Of a DNA stretch of 64,000 nt, positions 46,805 through 59,715 are shown one piece after another. This DNA comes from Laetmonice hystrix (Eukaryota). Numbering within the stretch: the first letter of the stretch is position 1; each line of letters begins with the position of its first letter. The notes beneath the pieces are model-generated. The model was not told the DNA's origin. It was given only the letters and a program-made list of their open reading frames with translations, and searched no databases. Both the position numbers and the translations under genes were made by a program. The DNA is taken from contig OZ249440.1 of assembly GCA_965235115.1 (NCBI GenBank), positions 35,342,001 through 35,406,000 on the forward strand, read 5' to 3'.

Positions 46805-47960
46805 TGTGGCTGATGTCTGGTACTATCTCTGTAATTCGCATGTGTAACGATGTTCCGACAAAATCTCAAGAGCTGGAAATTGTAGTGACACGTGATTGGT
46901 CACATGCTAGTCATGAGACTACCCATGTGTAAACCCATATAATTCCTTCATCTTCTCTTTACGATAACTTCGGTACCATGCTGCAATGAAACAAAATGTC
47001 TCTGGTACCCTCCATGTAATTAGCACATGTGATGTAACGATGTTCTAAAAATTCTCAAAAGCTGGAAATGTTAGTGACACGTACTTTGTCACATGCTACT
47101 CATGAGACTACCCATGTGTAAGCCACTATATTTCCTTAATCTTCTCTTTATGATAACTTTGGTACCATGCGGCAATGTAAGAAAATGTATCTGGTAATCT
47201 CCATGTGATTAGCAGATATAATGATGTTAAAAAAATCTCAACAGCTGGAAATGTTAGTTACACGTGGTTGGTCACATGCTAGTCATGAGACTGGCCATGT
47301 ATAAGCCACTATATTTCCTTCATCTGTCTTTAACAGTAAGTTCTTTACCGTGCAATAATGAATGCAACTAAGTAACCTAATAATATATTTCTGTATCAGT
47401 GTAATGTAGCTGATGTCTGGTACTACCTCTGTAATTAGCATGTGTAACAATGTTATGCCAAATCTCAAAAGCTGGAAATTGTAGTGACACGTGGTTGGTC
47501 ACATGCTAGTCATGAGACTACCCATGTGTAAACCACTATATTTCCTTCGTCTTCTCTTTACGATCACTTCGTTATCATGCTGCAATGAATCAAAATGTGT
47601 CTGCTATTCTCCATGTGATCAGCAGATGTACCGATGTTCCCACAAAATAACGAGCCGGAAATTGTACTGACACGTGGTTGGTCACATGCTAGTCATGAGA
47701 CTACCCATGTGTAAAGCACTATATTTCCTTCGTCTTCTCTTTACGATAACTTCGGTACCATGCTGCAATGAAAAAGAAATTCTCTGGTACCCTCCATGTG
47801 ATTAGCACATGTGATGTAACGATGTTCTAAAAATTCTCAAGAGCTGGAAATGTTAGTGACACGTAGTTTGTCACATGCTACTCATCAGACTACCCATGTG
47901 TAAGCCACTATATTTCCTTAATCTTCTCTTTATGATAACTTTGGTACCATGCTGCAATGT
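46805..47960. repeat. ~185-190-bp tandem repeat, 6 units
   Basis: Anchor GCTGGAAAT..TAGTGACACGT..TTGGTCACATGCTAGTCATGAGACT at ~46872, 47061, 47244, 47471, 47654 and 47843. Confidence 0.9.
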
Positions 47961-48519
47961 CCGACCTAAATCTAAGCTAAAACTAAGCTCTTGGTTCATT
48001 TGAACATCTTGTCTTGTTCTTCGAACTACGATTATAAACGGACCATGCGACTTGTGTCCATGTATACCTGTGCTATTATAACATGACTAGGCCACTGCTT
48101 ACTGAAACACATTGTTTTGGTCTGCAATGATCTGGTCACGTCCTATTTTTCACTTATATGAATTCCTGTCTTGTCTCTCATAGGATGATTGTAAACCTAC
48201 TTAGCGACATGTCTGTATAAAATATGGTTTTATATCTTAACTCCTTTAAAATCAAAATGGTCAATATGTAGTACTTGTATCCAAAAGCCTGTATGTTTAG
48301 AGAGTATTATTCGTGATGAAACGGTTTTAGTTTCAGATTTATGTCTCAATAATAAAATATACTGAAGATTGACATCATTTTAAAATTTTCTTATTTCGGT
48401 TTCACATTGAAATAATATAGCAAAGCTGAGTAGGCCTACACTGTTGTTAATGATACACAGAAAATATATGTCACTTTCAAATATTTATTGTAATCCAACA
48501 TTTGAAAGTTACACATGGC

Positions 48520-49036
48520 CAACTCAAGATGAACCCATGGTTACTGTTGAACGTAAATACGAAGTCATACATGCTCTTTTGATACACACCAAGATTTATG
48601 ATATAACAAAACGTCATGCGTCATAATGACGTCATTGGCATTTCTGGTTATCCGACGTAAACCGTGCAAAATGCACCCATGCATCAATCTCCACTTGAAC
48701 ACCTGTTTGGATGTGGCTTAATTTTATACTGCCCTGCAAAAGTGGCGGTTCGTCTGGACCCCTTAAACCCCCTGGCTAAATTGAATGTGGTCTCGTAATC
48801 TTGCTGACACTTTTAACATAACAATTAACCCTGTTGGACTTAAAAGTGATGCTGTGTTATCCATTGATTATTTAAGAACGTTAATTTCTTGTCCAGATAC
48901 TCGTCCATAAACCCACAATTATACAAAATCATAATTATTAGATTAACTGCGCAAGACTGAGCCATAGTTTACCCTACTCAGAACATATATTACGTGACTC
49001 CCCGGGGATGGAATCTATGGTGATAGAATGTACTAG
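48520..49036 (+). other. Variant internal Helentron 3' end
   Basis: Homologous to the unit 3' ends (CCATGGTTACT..GAAGTCATA, GAGCCATAGTTTACCCTACTCAGAACA, ACGTGACTCCCCGGGGATGG). Ends with a TCTAT-GGTG-ATAGA hairpin and TGTACTAG, but no T-run. Confidence 0.75.
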
Positions 49037-49544
49037 GTAACCAAAAAATATCATAAAACATACACATGTATACTAAAAACATTTTTTATTAGCACAACTA
49101 TTGTCTTTGTCACATCATTGAAATGACTGAACACAGTATAAAAACACTTACAACTTCTAACAATAGGTTGAAAACTACCTACATTATAGATCAGAATGTG
49201 TAAGATGTCAGGGTTTTTTTTATTATTCGTTTCAACAATGTCACAAAGACGACAATATATAAATATAAGAAGTGCATTCAACTTTACCTAACAGAAAATT
49301 ACCGTTCAGCTTTACCCAAAGAAAATGTTCCTATTTTAAAAACATAATTATGCATGGCATAGATCACAATGATTAAATAATGCAAAACTGATAAAAAAAA
49401 AGTCTTAAAAAAGTCTATAACATAGATTTTTTCTACAAATCTGTACCAATTTCAGTTCCAAATATTTATACACCACCCCCTACTCATATTGAAGTTAAGG
49501 ATAAAAAAAAGGCAAAAAAAAGTTCTTTTTTAAAAACATTAAAT

Positions 49545-51540
49545 ATCCATGACACCTTTACCAGCATAATGTTTCAATAAAATGAATCAAAAGGTATTTA
49601 TAAAAGAAATATTACATTGCATATTAGTTGCGAATGTATGTCCCATCACATTTATATATCACACTACACTTCTGTGTAACTGTATATCACCTATATTTAT
49701 AAAAACATCTCCTATACCTTTAAAATGAAAAGGACCTGCTTTTCAGTTCAACCTTAACACAAGTCTTCTCAACACAGCAGTTACATCTCTTCTTCTTTTA
49801 GCTTGAAAAACTTTCTTGCTTTGATTACACACTTTACCTCCTGCTACACATGATAGAAAGAACTGACACACAAAATAACAAAAACAGAACTAAATACATT
49901 AAAACTTCCGTTAGTGAACACCTGAATACTGAACAGTTTTTCACAGTCATGCCTGCCTATCATATAACACGTTACGGAAAAAAAATTATATATAATTTTG
50001 ATTTATTTTGTTGAAAAAGTGTTCCACGCTTTTATAGTTACCATCTAAAATGTTCGACCTTTGAAATTAAGCTACAATCTTTTAATTTTCGTTACTAAAC
50101 TTTGAGATATGACTCCTCCTGATTAGCTAACACCTCCATATCGGGCACCTGTTTTTCTCAGTCCCCCAAATGTTCACTATACTACAGAGGTTTCACTTAA
50201 AACTAAAATACATATGGATATGACTTACACTAACTTACACACTAAGAACCTGCCTTCCACAGGGTCCACCAAATCAAGTGCCCGAACGCCCAATACGACC
50301 AAAGGATGAACACACCAAATGCACAGACCAGTTGCCTTAGGCCTACTCGTTAAGATATCTATGACCATTAACAGCTTTCCAACGGATGGTCAGAACCAAA
50401 GTTGGAGCGTTTTATTTTTTTGACACTGCAAAATGTTAGTGGCCACAAAGTACAATTATTTTTAAACATTTTCCGGACAACTATTTTTAGTTGTTGACCA
50501 CCCAGTTCTGAGCTTCTGGTTGCTCAATTATCCGTGACACCTTTACCAGCATAATGTTTCAATAAAATGAATCAAAAGGTATTTATAAAAGAAATATTAC
50601 AATGCATATTAGTTGCGAATGTGTCCCATCACATTTATATATCACACTACACTTCTGTGTAACTGTATATCACCTATATTTATAAAAACATCTCCTATAG
50701 CTTTAAAATGAAAAGGACCTGCTTTTCAGTTCAACATTAACACAAGTCTTCTCAACACAGCAGTTACATCGCTTCTTCTTTTAGCTTGAAAAATTTTCTT
50801 GCTTTGATTACACACTTTACTTCCTGCTACACATGATAGAAAGAACTGACACACAAAATAACAAAAACAGAACTAAATACATTAAAACTTCCGTTAGTGA
50901 ACACCTGAATACTGAACAGTTTTTCACAGTCATGCCTGCCTATCATATAACACGTTACGAAAAAGAAATTATATATAATTTTGATTTATTTTGTTGAAAA
51001 AGTGTTCCATGCTTTTATAGTTACCATCTAAAATGTTCGACCTTTGAAATTAAGCTACAATCTTTTAATTTTCGTTACTAAACTTTGAGATATGGCTCCT
51101 CCTGATTAGCTAACACCTCCATATCGGGCACCTGTTTTTCTCAGTTCCCCAAATGTTCACTATACTACAGAGGTTTCACTTAAAACTAAAATACATATGG
51201 ATATGACTTACACTAACTTACACACTAAGAACCTGCCTTCCACAGGGTCCACCAAATCAAGTGCCCGAACGCCCAGGACGACCAAAGGATGAACACACCA
51301 AATGAACAGACCAGTTGCCCGTCGGGCAACTGAAACAATGTCTTTTACTTAGGCCTACTCGTTAAGATATCTATGACCATTAACAGTTTTCCAACGGATG
51401 GTCAGAACCAAAGTTGGAGCGTTTTATTTTTTTGACACTGCAAAATGTTGGAGGCCACAAAGTACAATTATTTTTAAACATTTTCCGGACAACTATTTTT
51501 AGTTGTTGACCACCCAGTTCTGAGCTTCTGGTTGCCCAAT
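49545..51540. repeat. ~985-bp near-identical tandem duplication downstream of the RPA-like gene
   Basis: ATCC(A/G)TGACACCTTTACCAGC starts at ~49545 and ~50530; the second copy has ~30 extra bp near 51320. Confidence 0.92.
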
Positions 51541-52059
51541 GGGCAACCACATTTCTCGTAGATTTGGCAGGCGCTGCTTCCAGTTATAGCTCTTTCTTAT
51601 TTTCAAGAGAAAGACATGACATGGCATATACATGTATCTTTATGCAATGGGCAACCACATTTCTCGTAGATTTCGTATTAAACAAATCATTGATCATCGA
51701 ATCAACCCTCCAACTGGCCCAACCTGGATACTGCAAATTAAAAAGAGAATTTTTAATTATATTAAAAGTAGTTCTTATGCATTACATGCAGCACAATGCA
51801 AGATTAATTTTCATAGGCCGGCCATGTAACGATATGTCTATGTGGTTAATACCAACTACAAATTACGCCGAATCCCCCCCCCCAATTTTCTTCACAAATT
51901 TAAGAAATACAAGAGTAAGTAAGACTAATCTCTTTACAAAATATTCAATACCACCAAGAAATTGCAATTACATCCACATGTACCAAGTATTTCAGAGAGC
52001 ACATAAGGGTCCCAGCCAAAACTAAACTCGTAACAATTAATTAAACTTACCACCGTTAC

Positions 52060-55000
52060 TCACTCCAAGTTTAACAGTTCTTCTTCGACCCTTACAATCT
52101 GCGATCCTCTCAGTGCAACTGTGACCACTTTTGGCACTGTTAAGATAGCATTGTCTGGCTGCAGCAGTCGGCGGCCATCTTCTGTCACCAGTATCCTATA
52201 ATAGAAAATGTACTGTATTTTTCAGACTTTGACACACCCTTTCTACCTAAATGGCCCCAGTCTTCACATCATAAAGTGCTGCACCTTCTCTCTCTTTTTT
52301 AAAATAAACTGCCCCAGACCCGGCACATTATACTCGGGGACGTTGCTCTTAGCTCACCTCTTTGCCATACACGAATAGAACTGCAATTTCTAGCCAGTGT
52401 TGGCATCTGAGGCAACCTCGAAAACAGTCCTCTTGTCTCCATGCACCTTGTCCCTCAGTCAATCATTTCCTAGGTGACCCCAGAACAACTTTAATGCCAA
52501 CCCTTTTAAACTACTCTTAGTCTTTAGTTTTACCTCCAAACACCCAAACTTGGGATATATTTTAAATGGTAAGCATTACATTATATATATTTTACAGACC
52601 TTGCATTTGCAGCTATCACGACCACACTTTCCACCACTTCTGCCTCTTCCTCGACAGCATGAACCTGTACAGAAATGCAAAATTTCCAATATGTTTACTT
52701 AAAACTATCATAATGATAAACTGCCTCTCTTAGGGTATTTTATGCTTCTTAAAAACGTCTCATTACTGCTTTGCTTTTCCCTGATTACTTCCAAACCAAA
52801 TAAGTACAACTTTAATACTCTGTGAACAAAAATTAACCATTTCCATAATAAGCATACATACTTCAACGGTGGTTGTGTCTGTTGAATTGAGTGACACGTA
52901 ATTCTTCCAGATGTCGACCTCAACTCCTTTCACTGTCACTTCCGTATTTTCTTTCAACTCTTTCAACTCTGCCATCTCGCCCCACAACTTCACATCCATC
53001 CTCCGCTTCATGTTGTCCTCGATGACAATCTTTCTTTTCTTGTAATGCGCTCCCTCATCGATATTGTTGACCTAAAACAGTCAAACATAAACTCTCATAT
53101 TTAAACACGCCTAAAATTAAAATCTCTCGCCCCTTTGGGTTGGCTGCCCATAAAAGGAAGAACTGTGTAAGCAATTAATAATTAATCTTGTACATAATTG
53201 CTATTTTGCCCTTCAGATACTAAAAAGAGCTGGCAAACAGTAAACACGAACATGCTCTAAGGGTGCAAATACCTTGCTAAAAATTGTGACCAAATATGAT
53301 TACCTGGGTAACAGTTCCTGTTACTGAGACTCTCCTCTTCCTAGGACTTATCTTTATATCAGGAAACGAAACTACGTCGGGCGACTGAAACTCTTGGATG
53401 ACCTTCTGATGTTTCGTAAGGTCGAAACCGGCTACATTTGTCAAAACCTGTATGTCAAATAAAAATTAAATGTTTTACAATTTATTATAGTTTCTAATAG
53501 ATCTATATAGAATTAAAGTATCCAGTTAGGCCTACTGCCTTTTGACAATCATTTGCGAGCTGCAAAAACCTAACCTAAAAATCTAAGAAAGCGGTTATAA
53601 TAATTGTTGAATACACGACATGTCCGCCCGTCCCCATGTCCCACCAGTTATGTCCCCCTCCTCCCCCCCCCCCCCCGAGGCGAATTTTTTTTTCCCAAAC
53701 AGGTTTGCCATTTCGTCCAATCAAACGCCGAGTAGGACGCACGTGACAGTTAGCCTAGCTGCTCTCAACTGTGTTGGAATATCACTATCCGTAACCCTAA
53801 CCCTATCCCGAGGGTGTGGGAGCGGCGGGGGACCTAAGGGAAGGGAGAGTAGGGTAATGGACGGACGGCCCGGTGCAGTGGGCCGGGTCGACGGGTAGGG
53901 CCTAGCTCCCAATAGGCTACCAATAGGCCTACTATACCGCTCGACGATACGGGCGAGCGGGCGCGGCCACAGAGTGGAGCCGGGGCCGATGGACCCAGGG
54001 CCGGTGCTGGGGGGAGCCGCCCGCGGGACTAAACTATCACTAACCCTAGGCCTAACCTTAACCTTAACCCGACTAACACTAACCCTAGGCCTAACCTTAA
54101 CCTTAACCCGACTAACACTAACCCTAGGCCTAACCTTAACCTTAACCGCCTAGGCCCTGGGCGAGTACGGCCGCCCGTTAAGGCCCATATAGCCTACACA
54201 GACCAATTTACAGCCGATTTTTAGACACGACCGATTTGTCTCCATAGTGTTCCTATGGAGAAAAATCGGCCGTGTCGAAAAATCGGCCGTAAATTGGTCT
54301 GTGTATATGGGCCTACGACGCGCGTCCGATTTCGAGCAGCCTATAGATCTATATATACGCCTACGCATGGAAAATTTTGTTGAATTTTGTTTATGCTTTT
54401 TAAACCAATCGGCTCTAAATCCGACCTTACTTTGGTAACGTAACTCGTTCGAACGAATACACGACATGTCCGCCCGGTCATGATGTCGGTCGCTCCCGGT
54501 AGGCCTACTATCCTACTATGCCCTCCCGTGCCTCTAGACACTCGAAATCGGCCGCCCGTAAATCGGCCGCTCGAAATCGGCCGCCCGTAATAACCTACAG
54601 ACGATCGGGCTTTGCACGCAGCACCCCCCGGCTCTGCCGTCGGAGCCGCCCGCGGGACTAAAAGTCACTAACCCTAGGCCTAACCTTAACCTTAACTCTT
54701 CTGGTCGGGTACGGCCGCCCGTGATTTACGCGCGGCCGACTTCGATCGGCGGCCGATTTCGATATAGGCCCCTACACCCTAACGTTATAACCATATACGG
54801 GCGGCCGAACCGGCAGGCGGCCGAAATGGACGCACACCACTCTGCCCACCCTGCCGCCCGTGTTCCCGGGAAAAGCCGTCAACGTCACTAGGGCAGTCTA
54901 CTGAGTTAGAGGAGTGTATCAACAACCCTAGATCAACTATTGTAATCGCTAAGTGCCCAACAAAAATTGTCAAAATGAGAGCCACCTCGTAGAACGTGTC

Positions 55001-55905
55001 CCTTGCCGGGCGCCTGTTGAGCGGAGCGGCGAGGGCCGGACATGAAGGGGGACATAACCGGGCCTAGGGCCTACATCCCGGCGGGCGGACATGACCGGGC
55101 GGACGTGATACCACGGAATTATCACATGTAGACTATGCTAATTTGTTGCCTTCCAAATTCCATTTTCCACAAACTGGTTGTCACATGAACGACTCACTGC
55201 TAACTGAATTTCACTTTTAAACTTGGCCTAGGCTATCTTGCCACCTTCCCTATCTTAATTGTTAGACCCCGTTAGGCCCCGTTAAGCCTTGTGGCATTCC
55301 TTTCTTCCTAATACGTGATACTAAATAGTAAAACTAATGGCCAATATCTGATGATAGGTAGACCTATATGATAAGCATGTTTGTAACGTAAATCTTCTCA
55401 CATTAGACTAGTCACCTGCCCTGTAAAGTTCGAGTAGGCCTATATAGGGTACCCTATATAGGCCTAGGCCTAAATGACACCCAACGCTTGGACCTGCTTC
55501 CTAAAGTAATGCGGGCGGCCCATGGCGGCCCGGCCGCCGTCCGAGTCCTAACGTACCGGACGGATAGGCCTACCGTCCCCGAAATACCGACTCACCTGAC
55601 CTAGACTGACCATCGCTAATAAGCAGACCTGAATTAAATGAATTACTTCTTAGCGAAGACCTGCCATGAAAAAACTATCCCTTATTAGGCCTACGCCTAC
55701 TCACCTCGGTATCCTTTGTGCTCCTGATCCCCGTCTGATGAACGTTTACGCCCGTCAGCACACAGAAGCTGCCTTGCACGATTTTTTCTGCTTCTTCCTC
55801 CACATCAAGGGTTAAGTTCACAATACCTTCTCTGTCTTTTTGGATCACCTTTCCAACATAATAGCTTCCTTTGTCCTTTTCCTCCCTACTCATTCGCTTT
55901 GCCAT
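52060..55905 (-). CDS. Spliced RPA70-like OB-fold ssDNA-binding protein, 5 exons, 251 aa
   Basis: Exons 55905-55705, 53447-53304, 53071-52862, 52664-52600, 52195-52060; all GT-AG, phases 0/0/0/2, 756 nt, open. Central segment VSVTGTVTQV...KRKIVIEDN..RMDVKLWGE.A..ENTEVTVKGVEVDIWKNYVSLNSTDTTTVEV has the RPA DBD-B pattern. Confidence 0.8.
53610..55115. mobile_element. Nest of GC-rich, TAACCC-containing (probably MULE-like) non-autonomous elements in intron 1 of the RPA-like gene
   Basis: GAATACACGACATGTCCGCCCG at ~53610 and ~54455; inverted CGGGCGGACATGACCGGGCGGACGTG at ~55083; ~39-bp CACTAACCCTAGGCCTAACCTTAACC repeat x3 at 54038-54148. TSD not resolved. Confidence 0.45.
54181..54314. mobile_element. 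Harbinger-like palindromic MITE
   Basis: AGGCCCATAT..ACACAGACCAATTTAC.GCCGATTTTT / AAAAATCGGCCGTAAATTGGTCTGTGTATATGGGCCT. Confidence 0.75.
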
Positions 55906-57184
55906 CTTTGTCACCGCAAAGATCCGTACGACCGACATCTCGACTCAAGATCGTGCCCGTGGTTTGACCCAAACTGTGGTTTGATGACCTCTAACTACCG
56001 ACACCCGAAGACAACCTACGTATACTATTTAGGGTTTACACACACCAACCACAGACAAAGGCTACCGGAAATCACACTGCCTCACAGTTTCTGACCAATC
56101 ACAGCACGACTCCTGAGAGCAACCCGGGAAAATCGCACGGAGAAAAGCACTCAGAACACCGACGCTGCTTCTGATTGGCTGTTTCTAGGTCATATCCGGA
56201 GGCCGAGTGCATTTGAGAAATCAAGCTTAGACCTTGGACCCACCTCTTGGACCAGTTCACTCCCGACAATAAAATAGTCCCTACAATAATTTTATATACA
56301 AAAAAATCTCTAAACAGAACATAGATCCCTAAGCCTATCATGTTGTTGTATAGGCCTACGTTTCAAGAAGCAGAAACAGAATATTATAGTATATATATGC
56401 CACAAATAAAGAACACTTTTGGGACTGGCAAAAAGGGTTCCTTGTGTGGCGCTGTTCTTTCAGTACAGAAATCCCGCTTATAAGAATATTTCACACACAT
56501 TCGTCTTTCATAATTATCGTGTACAATGATCAATACTTTAACTGGTAAACAAATATAAATAACGAGACAGCTCTCTGATTATAGCTTTCGTTAGTTTTGA
56601 GCACTTCCAACTATTCTGAGAGAGTTAGTTTTTTTTTCTTCGCTTAGAATAAGACATGTTGACCTATGAACAGACACATAATGGGAACATCACTCCACTT
56701 AACCCCATCTTTGCCTGCTAATCTCTGCTCTCAGCAATGACACTACTAAGCAAACATTGAAAAGATGTCTTGACTGGGAGTCCCCCCCCCCCCCCCCCCC
56801 CACAGAGTACTACCTATTCTGTAGTCCCCCACCTGTCTCCATCCCAGCCGTTTCCCCCAAGACAGGTGGTCCGGGACACTGCCAGCCAACAGAAGGGCTC
56901 GGTGTTCGCTTGGTGCTACCACCACAGCATTTGGCCTGCTGAAACAACAATCCATGCAATGTCGGGACGTGATTATTACACCACTGGGAACATAAATGAT
57001 ACTTTCTGTGATGGTCAACAGAGAGACCAAACCAATCATGGCCAGCTGGTGAATGCCCTGTCTTTACAACCATGTCAATCTGTCAAGTTCCTTAAAGAGA
57101 GATTCAAAACAATGGAAAACATACACTTCAGGGCTCTAAAAAGTGTTCCCTGTTCACAGCATGAAGGTGCTCCTTAAACAGAAA

Positions 57185-57472
57185 CAGGGCCGGATCCAGC
57201 ATTCTTAGAAAGGGGGGGGGGCGTAGCCCCTGGAGAAGATTGCGAGCGCCGAAGGCGCAAAGCCCCAGGGGGTCTGGGGGACCTCCCCCCGAAAAATTTG
57301 AAAATTCATGTTTGTCAGATGCATTTTCCCGGCATCTGAGAAAAGAACTGTTCCTTTTTTTCAGGGGGCAAAATACTGGTAAAATTCCAGTCTAAAAAAT
57401 CATTACTTTGCCAAAAATAAGGGGGGGGCGTACGCCCCCCACGCCCCCCCCCCCCCCCCCGATCCGGCCCTG
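57185..57472. mobile_element. CAG...CTG MITE with 5-bp TSD
   Basis: AGAAA|CAGGGCCGGATC...GATCCGGCCCTG|AGAAA, perfect 12-bp TIR. Confidence 0.85.
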
Positions 57473-57957
57473 AGAAACTCTATAGGCCTAGATATATACT
57501 ATATCCTGTATAGGGAAAATTGTGAACCGTAAAAAAGTGGTTTTTATACATTGCAGAGCTGTTCCTTAATAGGTTTTACTGTATTAATTTCAAAATGATT
57601 ACTAACTGATACACAGTCAACCCTGGTTATTCCGATACTGGACAATCCGACACAGAAGATCTGACACAGATTAGCATGAAACCATTAAACCAACTGTTTC
57701 CAGTATATGGGCCTACATTTTGCTAGAAATATCCGACATATTGAACTTCAGACTCCCACACCTATTCCCCATGACCAAACATCCTAATCTGACTGTCAAA
57801 ATACTCACTAATCCGACACCGTGCTTGGCAGGTCCGATAATTGTAATAACTCAACTCCTGTATAAACGTGCAAGTCGCGCCCCCGCCCCACAGGCACCTC
57901 CCGCCCACAGTCGCACCTCCCGCCCCACAGTCACTAACTTGTCAATTGTTTTGAGTA

Positions 57958-58552
57958 AGGTGCCTTTCCACTGACGCGGCTGTGAAGCGGCTGCCGCAAA
58001 GCGGTCCACTCTTCAACAAACAGTGTCTCAACACAGAACCAAGCTGCCAAGCAAATACTGGTGATAGTAACATTTCCTAGTTTTACCAATACAATAAATC
58101 ACGTGTTGCATTTCCTTGAACTTCAATGCCTAGTATTAGAAATAGGCATATAATATGCCCAATAATACCCCAAACTAAATTTAAAATTAACAACTATTTA
58201 GGCTATGATCCATCCCTGGCAATGATAGGAGATGTCCACCCATTACTTAACGCCTTTTTGGGAAGCTATTTTAAAGACCCCACTCCCTGTAATGGCAATA
58301 GAAACGGCCCTAAAAGTGAAAGAAATACATGTATGTGGTATCCCAGGGATGAGGTCATTTTCATCGAATTCCCTGGCGGCTGAGCCGCGCGGGTCGTAAA
58401 AAAATCGAACACTGCTCGATTCTCTAGCCGGCCGGCTATAGCCGCCTGGCGGCTAAACGCGCCAATTGAAATGCGACAATTCCATATCACTAGTTCGATT
58501 TTTTCGTGGCCGGCTAGCCGCCCGGCTAAACCGCGTCAATGGAAAGGCACCT
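57958..58552. mobile_element. Harbinger-like MITE
   Basis: TA|AGGTGCCTTTCCACTGACGCGG...CCGCGTCAATGGAAAGGCACCT|TA. Confidence 0.8.
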
Positions 58553-59715
58553 TAAAGGAGACTGCATGAGCTGAGTTCAATTGCCTCGGACGCTATATAG
58601 ATTACTTATTATATAAGCATGTAGGCCTACCTTCATTATTTTATGTACAATATTATGTATATTGTTAATACACTAAATAAATGAACCGCATGATACAAGC
58701 TCACTCTATTTTATTATACATGTAGAATGCACTTTATTTTCAATAGGCTTACCACTTTAGCCACTCGAACAAACGACTCTCCATCCGAATCCGGGACATT
58801 TGCCCAACACCCACTTGGCCAACGGACAACTCGCCAACGAACAATATTATTGGCCAAAGTTGTTTTAGCGTACGCTGCACTGCTGTAGTGCTTTGACCGC
58901 GGGTAGTTGTTTCAGCGTACACCGGCACACCCCGACATGCAGGCAGCTATAGCCGCACTTCAGCGGCTTTTTGCACGCTCTGACACTTGTGTGCAGAAGG
59001 GAGTCGGGGTCGCGGACAGACGGACACCCTGTCAGACATAATTAGCGCTGTAATTAGAAACAATGAACTGTAACTAGTAGATTTATGATAAGGCCCAGCC
59101 GGGCGGCCGGCCGGGCGGCAGGCCGGTTGTCACTACTCCCCCCTCCCTTCCAGTCAGGGTGGGTTTGGTGGAGTATGATTGTGTATTCAGAACTGACATA
59201 ACTGAATTAGCTGTGCCTTTGAACTGTAGATATAACTGTCTAATGCATTTGTTTTTGAATCTTACATAGGAGAGCTGAATAAAACACTAGGCTACTATTG
59301 ATTGTTGGCTGTGGAGTTCAAGAGACACGGCAAACTTTTGGCCAGCTGCACTTGGTTTCAGCGTGAGCCAACAGCCTGGTGTGGATGACATTCACACCTT
59401 GAGTCTGTGATATTTTTCATGATGCCCGTAACGGGTATATATCCATATAATCCATCGGAACTATAATATTGCATAATGTCAAAAGGATACTTAGTAACTT
59501 CCATGTGAATGGAAATGACGCTATTGTTGGGACAATAATTAAATGAGAGAAAAATATAGTTAATGATAGAAAACCATTCGGGAAATGGGACCTATTGCTT
59601 GGCAATCAGAGTCTCTAGATATAATTACGATTATAACGTATCCTTCCACAATGATTAATATATCAAAATAGGTAGATATACCATGCAGTAGATCGCTATG
59701 ATCCGTTCGACATGT

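Noticed and set aside
46805..47960. Regularly spaced conserved motif resembling a repeat-spacer array
   Set aside because: The intervening sequences are homologous to each other, so it is an ordinary tandem repeat.
56770..57177. 135-aa ORF or possible exon divergent from the RPA-like promoter
   Set aside because: No recognisable motif, starts in a poly-C run, and no partner exons found.
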